Source: Thermoproteota archaeon
Lineage (GTDB): Archaea; Thermoproteota; Nitrososphaeria; Nitrososphaerales; Nitrososphaeraceae
Assembly: GCA_046732455.1 (NCBI GenBank)
Contig: JBKPNF010000202.1
Span: forward strand, 1-50,513
Direction of reading: 5' to 3'
Length of the DNA stretch: 50,513 bases
In this document: piece by piece, positions 1 through 9,794 of the stretch
Layout: each line of letters starts with the position of its first letter
Position numbering within the stretch: position 1 is the first letter of the stretch
Notes under the pieces: model-generated
The model's input: only the letters and a program-made list of their open reading frames with translations
Told to the model about the DNA's origin: nothing
Database searches by the model: none
Position numbers and translations under genes: made by a program

Positions 1-20
1 CTATACTTACGATGACCCAT
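1..20 (-). CDS. rpl3: 5' end of probable 50S ribosomal protein L3 (runs off the window)
   Basis: Reverse strand reads ATG GGT CAT CGT AAG TAT (MGHRKY), matching archaeal uL3 N-termini. TATA-like TTATTAAG lies about 30 nt upstream, and SPOUT/DUF171 genes commonly precede rpl3 in archaea. Only 6 codons are visible. Confidence 0.6.
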
Positions 21-721
21 AGATACTGCACCACACTGCCTCTCCCCTTAATAAGTTATTTGACCCCGAGCAGATCCCGTCAGGAGTAGCTAAACGACGA
101 AAAATTCAACAATGTAAAATAGACAGAATGTTTTTGCCGAGATTGTTGCATGGCAATAGAAATTAACAGGAGCGCGAGGCACAGGCTGATGACGGCACAG
201 CTGTTATTCTTTACAACATGTCCAAGCCAAGTAGGCGACATTTACCTCATAGCTCGTTTCAAATTCGGAGGACTAACATATCGAGGGTCGTTCTTTGCAG
301 CTGCTATCGCTGAAATGCTAGGCAAGTTATTGTTACTCTTGAGGACATTTCCTAGTGATCTCAGCTATAATCCTATGGAGCTATTCATCGCAATCAGATA
401 AATAAATTACGTGCCGGGAATTGATTGGAATCGGAAGTTATAGGGCGTGCGATATTTACCGATAGTTGCCTTCCTGTAGGTTAGTAAAAGCTTGTCTGAT
501 CTTGAATTTGGTTCTTGCAATTTGGTTATTTCATGCGAGTTCAGGCTTAACATAACGTGAGGTATTTACGGTGAAAGCAGAGGAGTGAAACTGCAACCTG
601 ACCGAAGTTGCTGTCTGAATCTAAGATAGCTTCTTTGGAATCGGATGAAGTGGCATCCATCAACAATTGCACTTAGGTTACTGATCCATCAGTCTGTTGT
701 ATTATTTTTTCTTCCAAAATC

Positions 722-1582
722 TTATTTCGATCTGCCAGAATGGTCGTTTAACTGCAAAGCGTTATTCAATATCGCCAAAGTTCCAAGCACCGCTTCTTCG
801 AGTCTTACAGTTTCAGTGGCTTGATTTGGAAACATGTTTACTACATACTCATAAGGTTTGATGCTAGCACCTTCCTTTGCAAGGATGTCGTGGAGACCGT
901 GCTTAGGCGATCCAAAGGCAACTAGAATGTTCTGAACACTTGTGGTATGTTCAGCAAGCTTGGCCTCAATATTTTTGAAGTGGCGGCCCTTTCTTGACGT
1001 AACGATTATGTCGGTTTTTTCAACGCTTGTGAGAAGCTTCGAAATCGAAGGGACTTCTTTTACTTCATAACCCCAATAATCAAAAAGGTCTTCTTCTACT
1101 GCTTGGACAGCCTTGAGGTTAGGATATGACTCGGTGAACCTCACATTCGCTTTCTTACCTTCAAAGCCCTCGCCCAAAAAGGGTACAAGTGATCCTAGGC
1201 CTACTTCAACAAATAGCTGACCCTTAACCTTGACTACAACACCTGTCCGAATGTCGCCAGCTTTAATTTTCTTGATATCTTCGACTACCCTATGGTGAGG
1301 TGCCTTTATCGGATGTAGTATGCCAGCGTATTGCAGCTGGTGCATCATGGGAAATAGGATCTTTCTGAGGTACTGAGGTGTATCAAGGTAGCGAAGTATT
1401 GTCTTGAGCAGATGCGGGTCATCTTTTTCGAAGTGTGATAGAGAATCATGGTAGATGTAGATCCTCTTGACCCTAAAAATCGAGCAGGCTCGAGCAAACT
1501 GTGCTATTTTGATGCTTTTGTCGCGCTTTGTCTGCTCATCTGAAAGTGAGGAGTCGGGTATTGTTATCCACAGGTTGGGCAT
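722..1582 (-). CDS. SPOUT-family RNA methyltransferase (DUF171 / MTH1-like)
   Basis: YLDTPQYLRK, GILHPIKAPHH and C-terminal PNQATETVRLEEA motifs typical of DUF171. Confidence 0.88.
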   Translation of the reverse strand: MPNLWITIPDSSLSDEQTKRDKSIKIAQFARACSIFRVKRIYIYHDSLSHFEKDDPHLLKTILRYLDTPQYLRKILFPMMHQLQYAGILHPIKAPHHRVVEDIKKIKAGDIRTGVVVKVKGQLFVEVGLGSLVPFLGEGFEGKKANVRFTESYPNLKAVQAVEEDLFDYWGYEVKEVPSISKLLTSVEKTDIIVTSRKGRHFKNIEAKLAEHTTSVQNILVAFGSPKHGLHDILAKEGASIKPYEYVVNMFPNQATETVRLEEAVLGTLAILNNALQLNDHSGRSK

Positions 1583-2244
1583 TACTCCCGTATCAGCTCT
1601 TCAACTGCACCTTGCAAAAAGCCATTTGTTCCAAAGTAAGTGCCTCTCAAAACGCCTTTTCTGTCGACAAGGATTGTGGATGGGGTGCCTCGTAAAGTAT
1701 ATTCTTCAAAAGTCTTGGCTGAATACTCCTTTGATATGAGGTAGTGCTTTACGCGCTCAACCACTACCTCTCTGTCTTTTTCAGCATATGACCTAAAGTT
1801 AGGAATGTTGGCTTCGATAAAGTCCATGACTTTGTTCGGAGTCAGCGGGCCGGAATTTTTCACTAGCATGTCCATAGCTACAGGAAAAGGTATCTTGTAA
1901 GGTAGCTTGTTGCCACTACTTAACTGACCACTTCTACTAAACGCATGATATGTCTCTCCTATGACCTCGCCGGTGGTGACTAACTTTTGCAGGTTCTCTA
2001 GATTGTTCTTGTCGAAATCCTCAAAGGCGGTTGCAATACCTAGAACTGTCAGGCCCCTATCTCTATATCTTCTGTAAATGTCAATTGCTTCAGGAATGCT
2101 ATAAAGGAAGCAGCCCGGGCAATTGACCTGAAATACTTCAACTAATACGACGTTGCCTCTCTCCTCTTTGAGGTTAGTCGGTTTTCCCTGTACCCATGTT
2201 GAAATGTCTAGGTTCGGAGCTTTCGCGCCTATTGTCGCTACCAT
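1582..2244 (-). CDS. Thioredoxin-fold redoxin (TlpA/AhpC-TSA-like)
   Basis: VEVFQVNCPGC CxxC motif; GTPSTILVDRKG cis-Pro loop. Confidence 0.85.
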   Translation of the reverse strand: MVATIGAKAPNLDISTWVQGKPTNLKEERGNVVLVEVFQVNCPGCFLYSIPEAIDIYRRYRDRGLTVLGIATAFEDFDKNNLENLQKLVTTGEVIGETYHAFSRSGQLSSGNKLPYKIPFPVAMDMLVKNSGPLTPNKVMDFIEANIPNFRSYAEKDREVVVERVKHYLISKEYSAKTFEEYTLRGTPSTILVDRKGVLRGTYFGTNGFLQGAVEELIRE

Positions 2245-2284
2245 CGTTAATTCAGTTTAACCGGATCTGTATAAATTGGTTTTA

Positions 2285-3022
2285 TCAGGCCCCGCGCTTT
2301 GTGGCCCTATCTCTTGCCGTAGCTGCATATCTTTGAATTTCGTCGTCTTCTGCTTTGCGCATGGTCTTGCCCTTGTTGTCAATTATCGCCATCTTCAAGT
2401 GCCGAGTGCCTGTCTTTTCCTCACTGACCATATATATGGACTCGATGGCAAGGGCAGCGCCCTCATCAAGGCCAATGTCAGGCTTGTAGCTTTTTTCTAA
2501 AAATTCAGTCACTTGATCGCTGCCTGCACCGATCGCAACAGCGTCGTAGCCGATGTATGTGCCGCTTGGATCTGTCAGATAAAGAGCAGTGCCGTTCTTG
2601 TCAACACCTGCAAGTATTAGAGCAACTCCAAATGGTCTAACACCTGCATACTGTGTAAACTGCTGAGCCATGTCTGCGAGGTTCTTGGCAACTCCCTCAA
2701 CGTCTACCGGTTCGTCGTAGATAAGTCTGTTGCTCTGTGCGAAGAACCTTGCATGGTCGACCTGAGTGCGAGCGTCAGGAATGTATCCCGCCGCTGCGAC
2801 ACCAATATGATCGTCGACTTGAAAGATCTTTTGGGTAACGTTTGATATCTGGAGCTTTCTTGTTTTTTCCTCCACTGCAAGGATTACCCCGTCTGTACTT
2901 TTAACGCCTATTGCAAGTGTTCCGCGCCTGACGGTTTCAATGGCATATTCTACTTGGTAAAGCCTTCCATCTGGCGAAAATACTGTTATCGCTCGGTCAT
3001 AGCCCGCTGCTGCTGGTAACAA
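2285..3022 (-). CDS. psmA: Proteasome subunit alpha
   Basis: YDRAITVFSPDGRLYQVEYA signature; RPFGVALI. Confidence 0.97.
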   Translation of the reverse strand: MLPAAAGYDRAITVFSPDGRLYQVEYAIETVRRGTLAIGVKSTDGVILAVEEKTRKLQISNVTQKIFQVDDHIGVAAAGYIPDARTQVDHARFFAQSNRLIYDEPVDVEGVAKNLADMAQQFTQYAGVRPFGVALILAGVDKNGTALYLTDPSGTYIGYDAVAIGAGSDQVTEFLEKSYKPDIGLDEGAALAIESIYMVSEEKTGTRHLKMAIIDNKGKTMRKAEDDEIQRYAATARDRATKRGA

Positions 3023-3139
3023 TTCGATCTATTTTTTTTGCAATGTTCCATTTAAGCCTACCTATGAGAGACTGGCCAAAGCATCAAAAGCAAATGCAAC
3101 CATGGATGATTTTAATAACGTTTTATCGCAGTATATCCA

Positions 3140-3559
3140 ATGGTTCAAGATGATGTGACGTTTTACGGCCACCCAAATATCCGGTCACTTCATGCTAAGA
3201 CTATCGAAATAACCAAGGATGAGCACCTGACGCCAAGGGGCGATTGCATAATAGGTGTAAAAGCCAACAAGGCATGCTCTGATTTGGATGAAGCACTCAA
3301 GCACAGACTAAAATCAAACTCAGCAGTAGTAAGAATAGAAGTAATGGTCGGAAATGAATCAGTCCTTATAAGCGGCATGGGGGATCATCGTCTCAGTATG
3401 TTAAATTCACACGATATAGTGATACGCAGGACAAATTTTGCTTGCCCCCGAACGATCTCTGTTCTATGCGACAAGGCCTCTTTGGAGGTGCCAAGGAAAA
3501 TGGTAAAGATACTGCAAGACCCTGACATACAGGGGATATTCAGGATCACAGTCGAATGA
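3140..3559 (+). CDS. DUF371 family protein
   Basis: GHPNIRSLHAKTIEITKDEHLTPRGDCIIGV is characteristic of archaeal DUF371. Confidence 0.85.
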   Translation: MVQDDVTFYGHPNIRSLHAKTIEITKDEHLTPRGDCIIGVKANKACSDLDEALKHRLKSNSAVVRIEVMVGNESVLISGMGDHRLSMLNSHDIVIRRTNFACPRTISVLCDKASLEVPRKMVKILQDPDIQGIFRITVE

Positions 3560-4120
3560 TCACTTTTTGGCTTGCATGTTTCCTCTGATTATTATTGCAT
3601 ATTCTTTACTTGCGAGCGTTCTAGCCAAAGCATTGTTCAGTATCTCGATTGCAACGTATTCCTTGTAATGGTCGCCTTTGCAAAGAGGGCAGATATCCTT
3701 TCCACTTATCTCTGTAATGAATTTTCGATCCTCATAGACGTTCTTTAGCACTTTCAGCAACCTCGAACTGATGTATTCTATCAGTTTGGGATATTTTTCA
3801 AGGTTTGGAACATTATAACTGAACGCACGCAAGGTCGACATGTAATACTTTCTGACAGCACCCCTTACTTCCATCATCTTGGTGACTTCGATCAAGCCGG
3901 CACTCTTAAGAGTATCAAGATGGTGCCTGATCGTAGTTGTAGCCTTTTTGTGTCCCGAGCGTCTAAGGATCTTCGCTATCTCTTCCGTCGTCATTTGCTT
4001 GTGACTTAAGATTTCCAGGATTTTTATCCTGATAGGGTCATTTAGGGCATGAGCTGATTGATATCCTAGCGTAGTAACTCCTTTCAACTTGACCTCCTTC
4101 TCAAAAAATGTTCCAGCCAT
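3560..4120 (-). CDS. ArsR-family winged-helix transcriptional regulator
   Basis: ALNDPIRIKILEIL...TIRHHLDTLKSAGLI HTH; C-terminal CPLCKGDH possible metal site. Confidence 0.85.
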   Translation of the reverse strand: MAGTFFEKEVKLKGVTTLGYQSAHALNDPIRIKILEILSHKQMTTEEIAKILRRSGHKKATTTIRHHLDTLKSAGLIEVTKMMEVRGAVRKYYMSTLRAFSYNVPNLEKYPKLIEYISSRLLKVLKNVYEDRKFITEISGKDICPLCKGDHYKEYVAIEILNNALARTLASKEYAIIIRGNMQAKK

Positions 4121-4181
4121 AACGATAACAAGAAAGTACTCCGAATGTAGTAAAGATTGTTATTAGTTACTCTTGTCCTGG

Positions 4182-4289
4182 TTGTTAAATGTCTTAACAA
4201 TAATAAAGTTATTATACATTATGTCACTCCAAACAGAGCTCCATACAAAGATTCTTATATTTATCATAATGCTACCAATATTATGATAA
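4182..4289. promoter_or_regulatory. Cluster of inverted repeats upstream of the ArsR gene (putative operators)
   Basis: TTGTTAA-N5-TTAACAA (4182-4200), ATAATAA-N2-TTATTAT (4200-4215), TTATCATAAT-N9-ATTATGATAA (4261-4289). Confidence 0.45.
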
Positions 4290-4421
4290 CAGTCCAACAT
4301 ACATTCAAATATTGATAACCGATACAGCAGCCACTATCAGCTAGTTGACTTTAACCCTATAAGTCTAAATCCCGCTCTGCCTACGAGTGAAAGTTAGGCT
4401 GGAACCGACATTAAAATTGAG

Positions 4422-5255
4422 CTATATCTTATTGCCGCTGATCATCTGATAGGCAAAGATGTACCGCCTGCTCAACTCATTTGCCACGTCAGGACTCACA
4501 TCAGGGGAGCCTGGTTTTTTGGCTTCTTTAGCAAGCCTGTCTATCTTATCCTTAAACCCAATTCTGATAAGCCAGTCACGCAGCAGCTGCTTGTCGTAGC
4601 TTTCCTGAATTTTGCCAGGTTGGTAGCCGGTCTTGAGCCACAGGCGGTATTCATCAGGTCCAAGCGAATCGCCAAGGAGTATCTTACCTTTTTGATCCAC
4701 GCCGAACTCGAACTTGACGTCTGATAGGATAAATCCCGCTCTCTCAACAATCTTGCTCATTTTGTTGTAAAGCGATATTGATGTCCTTTCGAGGAAATCG
4801 TAATCGTCGTCCCGTAAAACACCTGATGAAACTATTGTGTGCCTGTCAATAGGCACATCATGCTCCTCAGATTTTGTCGTTGGATCGAATATGGGTTCTG
4901 GCAGTTTAGATGCCAAAACCGGACTAAAACCCGAAGGCAGATCTCTTCCCAAGCGTTCCTTATAGCGTTCTACAAAGCTGCCATAAAAGTAGCCTCTTAC
5001 TACACATTCAAGAGGTATCATTTGTAATTTTTTGACCTCCATTTTGTCCTTGTCCACCACTTTCAGCATATGGTGAGGTACGTCAAGCGTGCGGAACCAG
5101 AACTCTGCAAACCTGCATAGCACTTCTCCTTTCTTTGGAATCGGCGTCGCCATCTTGACATCAAAAGCAGAGATGCGATCAGAAAAATGGAACAGAATGT
5201 TACCGCTGTCAAGCTCATATATGTCCTTGACCTTTCCACTCCGTATCAATCTCAT
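4422..5255 (-). CDS. purC: Phosphoribosylaminoimidazole-succinocarboxamide (SAICAR) synthase
   Basis: SGKVKDIY, SDRISAFD, IPLECVVRGY, DVKFEFG, SYDKQLLRDWL. Confidence 0.96.
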   Translation of the reverse strand: MRLIRSGKVKDIYELDSGNILFHFSDRISAFDVKMATPIPKKGEVLCRFAEFWFRTLDVPHHMLKVVDKDKMEVKKLQMIPLECVVRGYFYGSFVERYKERLGRDLPSGFSPVLASKLPEPIFDPTTKSEEHDVPIDRHTIVSSGVLRDDDYDFLERTSISLYNKMSKIVERAGFILSDVKFEFGVDQKGKILLGDSLGPDEYRLWLKTGYQPGKIQESYDKQLLRDWLIRIGFKDKIDRLAKEAKKPGSPDVSPDVANELSRRYIFAYQMISGNKI

Positions 5256-5347
5256 AATTGCATGCTACATTTGAATGCAATAAAAAATCTATCTGTTTTG
5301 ATTGAAAGACTTTTAACGGTGCTACTAATCAGCTTATCCAACCAGGT

Positions 5348-6532
5348 ATGGAAAATTTCGACCTTCTTGCCATAGAAAGGCCGGTTTGTGTCGGTATTAT
5401 AGGCGGAGGTCAGCTTGGAAAGATGATCGCCCATGAAGCAAGGCGGATGTCGCTTAAGGTTATTGTTTTGGATCCAACGGAAGGATGCCCGGCTTCCAAG
5501 ATAGCAGACGAGCAAATAGTGGCGGATTTCAAAAATGAAGACGCAATAATGCAATTGGCAGCAAGAAGCGATGTTATAACATATGAAATAGAGCTTGCAA
5601 ATTCCGCAGCGTTAAAAAACCTTGAAGCAAGAAGTTACCCAGTCCGGCCAGCACCAGAAACACTTTACATAGTCCAGAATAAATTTAGACAAAAGTCATT
5701 CCTAAGACAACATAAAATCGATGTTGCAGATTTTGAGCAAGTTAGATCAGAGGATCACCTTTACGAATTGTGTAAAAAGTTTGGGTATCCTGTTATGCTT
5801 AAGGCATGTGAGAACTCGTACGATGGGCGTGGCAATTTTCTAATAACTTCCAATGATGAGGTACACAATGCCTTCAAATTTTTTCCCAAAGTTGAACTAA
5901 TGGTTGAAAAGTTCGTGCCATTTACAAAAGAGATATCGATAATGGTGGCACGTAACCCTAGCGGGGAAATAACATCATTTCCTGTTGCAGAAAACATACA
6001 CAAGAACAGCGTCTTAGACACCTCGATAGTGCCAGCGAGGATCAACCAAGAGGTCGAGCTAAAGGCAAAAAGGATGGCGGAGATGACCGTGAAAGTGCTA
6101 AAAGGAGCAGGAATATTTGGAATAGAAATGTTTGTCACAAAAAAAGGCGATGTCTTGATAAATGAGATTGCCCCAAGGCCTCATAATTCCGGACACTATA
6201 CTAATGAAGCCTGTTCGGTTTCGCAATTTGAGCAGCACCTCAGGGCTGTGCTTGACTTGCCTTTGGGCAAGCCGGAATTATTATGCTCAGCCGTCATGGT
6301 TAACATACTTGGAAATGAAGGTTCAAGTGGGTCCTATGCAATCAGAGGCCTCAGACGGCTCTTAAGCGTTCCTGGTGTTAAGCTGTATATTTATGGCAAG
6401 AAGACGTCAAAGCCGGGGCGCAAACTAGGTCATTTCACTGCCACAGGCAGGACTGTAGAGGAAGCGCTTATGCGGGCTGAAAAGGCTAGAAACGGATTTG
6501 AGCTTACGGCTGTGGTGACCAGTGAACACTAG
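5348..6532 (+). CDS. purK: N5-carboxyaminoimidazole ribonucleotide synthase (ATP-grasp)
   Basis: [43 protein letters not shown]. Confidence 0.96.
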   Translation: MENFDLLAIERPVCVGIIGGGQLGKMIAHEARRMSLKVIVLDPTEGCPASKIADEQIVADFKNEDAIMQLAARSDVITYEIELANSAALKNLEARSYPVRPAPETLYIVQNKFRQKSFLRQHKIDVADFEQVRSEDHLYELCKKFGYPVMLKACENSYDGRGNFLITSNDEVHNAFKFFPKVELMVEKFVPFTKEISIMVARNPSGEITSFPVAENIHKNSVLDTSIVPARINQEVELKAKRMAEMTVKVLKGAGIFGIEMFVTKKGDVLINEIAPRPHNSGHYTNEACSVSQFEQHLRAVLDLPLGKPELLCSAVMVNILGNEGSSGSYAIRGLRRLLSVPGVKLYIYGKKTSKPGRKLGHFTATGRTVEEALMRAEKARNGFELTAVVTSEH

Positions 6533-7052
6533 AATGAATAGCCCTTTTGTTGGCATCATAATGGGAAGCGATTCTGATCTTCCTATTATGAAGGAAGCAA
6601 AAGAAATCTTGGACTCATTTGGTGTGGGCAATGAGATGACAATAGTATCTGCGCACAGGACTACAAAGAGGATGGTTCACTACGCCACAACCGCCAAGAA
6701 AAGAGGGATTACGGTAGTCATAGCAGGGGCAGGGGGAGCAGCTCATCTCCCTGGCATGGTGGCTTCCCTGACTGCTCTGCCTGTAATTGGTGTTCCCATT
6801 AAGACAAAGAGCCTTGATGGCCTTGACTCACTTCTTTCGATTGCTCAAATGCCTTCAGGCGTGCCTGTCGCCACAATGGCGATAAACGGAGCTAGGAATG
6901 CAGGTATACTTGCCTGCCAAATCCTAGGAACAAAACATTCTGACATTGCATCAAGAGTCGAAAAATATAAGCGCGAGTTAGACAGAGGAGTGCTCAAGAA
7001 AGTAAGAATACTTGAGAAATCAGGCGTCGGACGCTATAAAAGAAACACCTAG
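6522..7052 (+). CDS. purE: N5-CAIR mutase (true start may be ATG 6534)
   Basis: [37 protein letters not shown]. Confidence 0.97.
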   Translation: MNTRMNSPFVGIIMGSDSDLPIMKEAKEILDSFGVGNEMTIVSAHRTTKRMVHYATTAKKRGITVVIAGAGGAAHLPGMVASLTALPVIGVPIKTKSLDGLDSLLSIAQMPSGVPVATMAINGARNAGILACQILGTKHSDIASRVEKYKRELDRGVLKKVRILEKSGVGRYKRNT

Positions 7053-7088
7053 AGTAAATTTTATTTGTGTCTGGCAATTGTATCCCCC

Positions 7089-7393
7089 GTGGAGCACGGA
7101 CCTAATTTCTTTGCCGAGACTAAAGTACACAAAGAACAACTGAGAGAAGAATACGGTCATGATGATATCGATCCGCTTATAGGAAAGAAGAGTATGTGCA
7201 CGAAAGGCTGGCCGAGGAAATGGAGCAAAGCGAGATCGACTGCGAAGCACTTCCGCTTGGCTCGCACCCAATTGAATGCAGGCAGTATTACAGCCACACC
7301 TTCCCCATGTCACCTAAACTCGTAACGAACAAGGGCATGGTGAAGATCAAATGCAAAAATATAGACTTTTTCCATTTATTGCAGAGGAATTAA
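7089..7393 (+). pseudogene. Hypothetical protein of about 100 aa interrupted by an apparent 1-nt frameshift near 7176-7180
   Basis: The frame from GTG 7089 reads EHGPNFFAETKVHKEQLREEYGHDDIDPL. Protein-like sequence continues in the -1 frame as YRKEEYVHERLAEEMEQ...LLQRN*. Adding one T at CCGCTT(T)ATAGG joins the two. Confidence 0.5.
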
Positions 7394-7421
7394 GAGGAGG
7401 CCGAGCATAGATCCAGTTCCA

Positions 7422-7841
7422 TTGCCGTATGGTCCTCTGCAATATTATCGGGTCCACTACATAGTGCAGGTACAAGACAAAGACAACGACAAATTTTTGG
7501 CAAGATGTAAACCCGTAACAAAAGGACATTTCAGTAGCAAGCGCATAGTCGACGTCAAGTGGATAGGGAACGATAAGTTTGCAGAGGTTTTGCAGGCCGA
7601 CACTGGTCTGACAGAGATGCTCAAAGAAGTCATAGAGAAAGCAGGCGAAATAACGGTCGACCCGCAAGAAAACCAGATCAGGATCTTCGGCAGGTGGGTT
7701 CATGAGGAGAATCTTGCGTTCAATCCAACTATGCTGGAAATTGCAGACAGGATAGCGTTACACATTAAAATCAGTCTCCACGGTGTTAGACGCCAGTTCT
7801 CCGGCATATTTTTCTATACGAGCGTTTATTACTTTAAGTAG
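7422..7841 (+). CDS. Hypothetical protein
   Basis: 139-aa ORF with protein-like composition, co-oriented with its neighbours. Confidence 0.65.
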   Translation: MPYGPLQYYRVHYIVQVQDKDNDKFLARCKPVTKGHFSSKRIVDVKWIGNDKFAEVLQADTGLTEMLKEVIEKAGEITVDPQENQIRIFGRWVHEENLAFNPTMLEIADRIALHIKISLHGVRRQFSGIFFYTSVYYFK

Positions 7842-7884
7842 TAAATCAAGTTAACTTTAATAATCATAGGCCGGTGGCAATTTT

Positions 7885-9702
7885 GTGGAAAAGCAAGTAT
7901 CCTCCAAGCCTCGCTTAAAATTTACAGATAAAACTGTAGTTATCACTGGCAGCGGAACCGGTATTGGACAAGCAATAGCGAGAAAATTTGCCGAAAACGG
8001 CGCCCATATTATCATCATGGGCAGGAGGAAGGAGCCGCTCGACCAGACTGCAAGCATTCTAGAGCAAATAATTGCTTCTGCAGGTTCTTCTGGCAGGTTG
8101 TCAGTTTTCCCGGGCGTCGACGTTGCCGACGAGGCCGGGATTAATTCTATGTTTGCTAGTATCCGGAAGGAGTTTGGAGGGGCTGACATAATAGTCAACA
8201 ACGCTGGGGTCTCAGGCCCTGTTAAGACATTTACTAATGCAAGCGTACAAGAGTTCCGTGAGACAGTTGCCATCCATCTTACAGGCACATACTGGACATC
8301 GGTGAGCGGCCTTGGGGCGATGAAAAGAGGTGCCAAGATAATCACAATAACGACGTTTTTCACAGAAGAAAACCGCTACGAGCAGAGGCCGTATAGATTT
8401 AGGACGCCATATACTGCTGCACAGGGGGCCAAAAACCGCCTTGCAGAAGCACTAGCATGGGAGCTTGTAGAACGCGACATACGATCAATTGCAACAAACC
8501 CGGGGCCCGTACACTCTGATAGGATCTACAAGACAGTTTACCCAAAGGCTGCTGCTGAATTTCTACGCATTGGAGGCTATCCTGGGCTCAGCTCTCTTGA
8601 GATTGAGAAAGTTACTGCTGGCGCCCTCCCGCTTCTAGGCGAACCTGCAGATGTACTAGCAAAAGGCGTCTTACAAGTTGCCGCTGAAATCTCCAGTTCT
8701 CGGGGTGATGAGTCATCAGATGAAAATGTCAAGAAATTGTCAGAGACAGTGGCAGGTGCTCTTACCAAGATGCAAGAGATCGCCGAAAAGATTCAAAGCA
8801 ACACTAGCAAAATGATAGTAGACGGGCAGTTCTTGAAGCAGGAGGAGGTGGCGGACATGGTTATGAATTTATGCGATGACGATATTAGCAGGCTAATAAA
8901 TGGCAGGGTCATTCCTAACGACCGCGTATTCTATCCAGTCAAACCAATCGTCGCCACAGCAGTTAACGGCTTGGCAGAGCCAGAAGTCAAAGGCAAAGTC
9001 ATTGTCATAACGACCAGCTCGTCTGCAAAGAATGACATTGAGAGAGTTAAACAAGTTGCAAGGCTTGCGCATGAGGGAGGGGCCAAGGATGTAATCATAC
9101 TTGCACATAACCATCAGGACATGACTGATTATGAGGAATTTCACAGCCACACGATCGATATGCTAGATGAAGAAAGTGTGCACCGACTATTTAACGCTGC
9201 AAAAAGAAGGTCTAGCAAAATTGATTCAATCATTCACTTCACAGGAGAATATGATTATAATCTACCTTTGAGCTCACTTTCGAGGAAACAATGGGACGTC
9301 TTGGTTGATAACTTCATTTACATTCCAGGACTCATCGTAAAAGAAGGAGTGAATGCCATGGCACCAGATGGCTCAACGCAAGAACCTGCCAAATTCAAAG
9401 ATTCTAAAGGTTCTATTGTCTTGGTAGGACCTGATGCACCTGTTGGCAAAAAGATATCAGGTTTATTGAGGGCAAGGGCTGACGTTTTCCGTGGAGCGCT
9501 GCGACCATACACGACGACTGTAAACCAAGAGCTCAGTGATGTGCTTGGCTCTAGTATAAAGCTGCATCTGGTGCTCGCAGGTAACAGCGAAGGTTCACAA
9601 CCAGATAATGGTAGACTTTACAACTCCGTACTAAATCTTGCGGCAGGGGTTGCTCTTAAGCGAAATGAGGCGATATTCTACATCGACGAAGTAACTAAAT
9701 AA
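7885..9702 (+). CDS. Tandem-domain short-chain dehydrogenase/reductase (malonyl-CoA-reductase-like)
   Basis: TGSGTGIG Rossmann motif, NNAG, YRFRTPY, NPGPVHSDR, a helical insert, and a second degenerate SDR domain from about aa 368 (KGKVIVIT...). Confidence 0.85.
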   Translation: MEKQVSSKPRLKFTDKTVVITGSGTGIGQAIARKFAENGAHIIIMGRRKEPLDQTASILEQIIASAGSSGRLSVFPGVDVADEAGINSMFASIRKEFGGADIIVNNAGVSGPVKTFTNASVQEFRETVAIHLTGTYWTSVSGLGAMKRGAKIITITTFFTEENRYEQRPYRFRTPYTAAQGAKNRLAEALAWELVERDIRSIATNPGPVHSDRIYKTVYPKAAAEFLRIGGYPGLSSLEIEKVTAGALPLLGEPADVLAKGVLQVAAEISSSRGDESSDENVKKLSETVAGALTKMQEIAEKIQSNTSKMIVDGQFLKQEEVADMVMNLCDDDISRLINGRVIPNDRVFYPVKPIVATAVNGLAEPEVKGKVIVITTSSSAKNDIERVKQVARLAHEGGAKDVIILAHNHQDMTDYEEFHSHTIDMLDEESVHRLFNAAKRRSSKIDSIIHFTGEYDYNLPLSSLSRKQWDVLVDNFIYIPGLIVKEGVNAMAPDGSTQEPAKFKDSKGSIVLVGPDAPVGKKISGLLRARADVFRGALRPYTTTVNQELSDVLGSSIKLHLVLAGNSEGSQPDNGRLYNSVLNLAAGVALKRNEAIFYIDEVTK

Positions 9703-9794
9703 TGTACTCTCTCAACTGAATAGAGAATCTCGATCAGATTTTGTTTGAAAACTAGCTTCTTATCAAACTGAGGAGTATGGCAATTGCCTGATCA

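Noticed and set aside
150-401. 83-aa ORF between rpl3 and the SPOUT gene
   Set aside because: No recognisable motif or promoter; cannot be supported as a gene.
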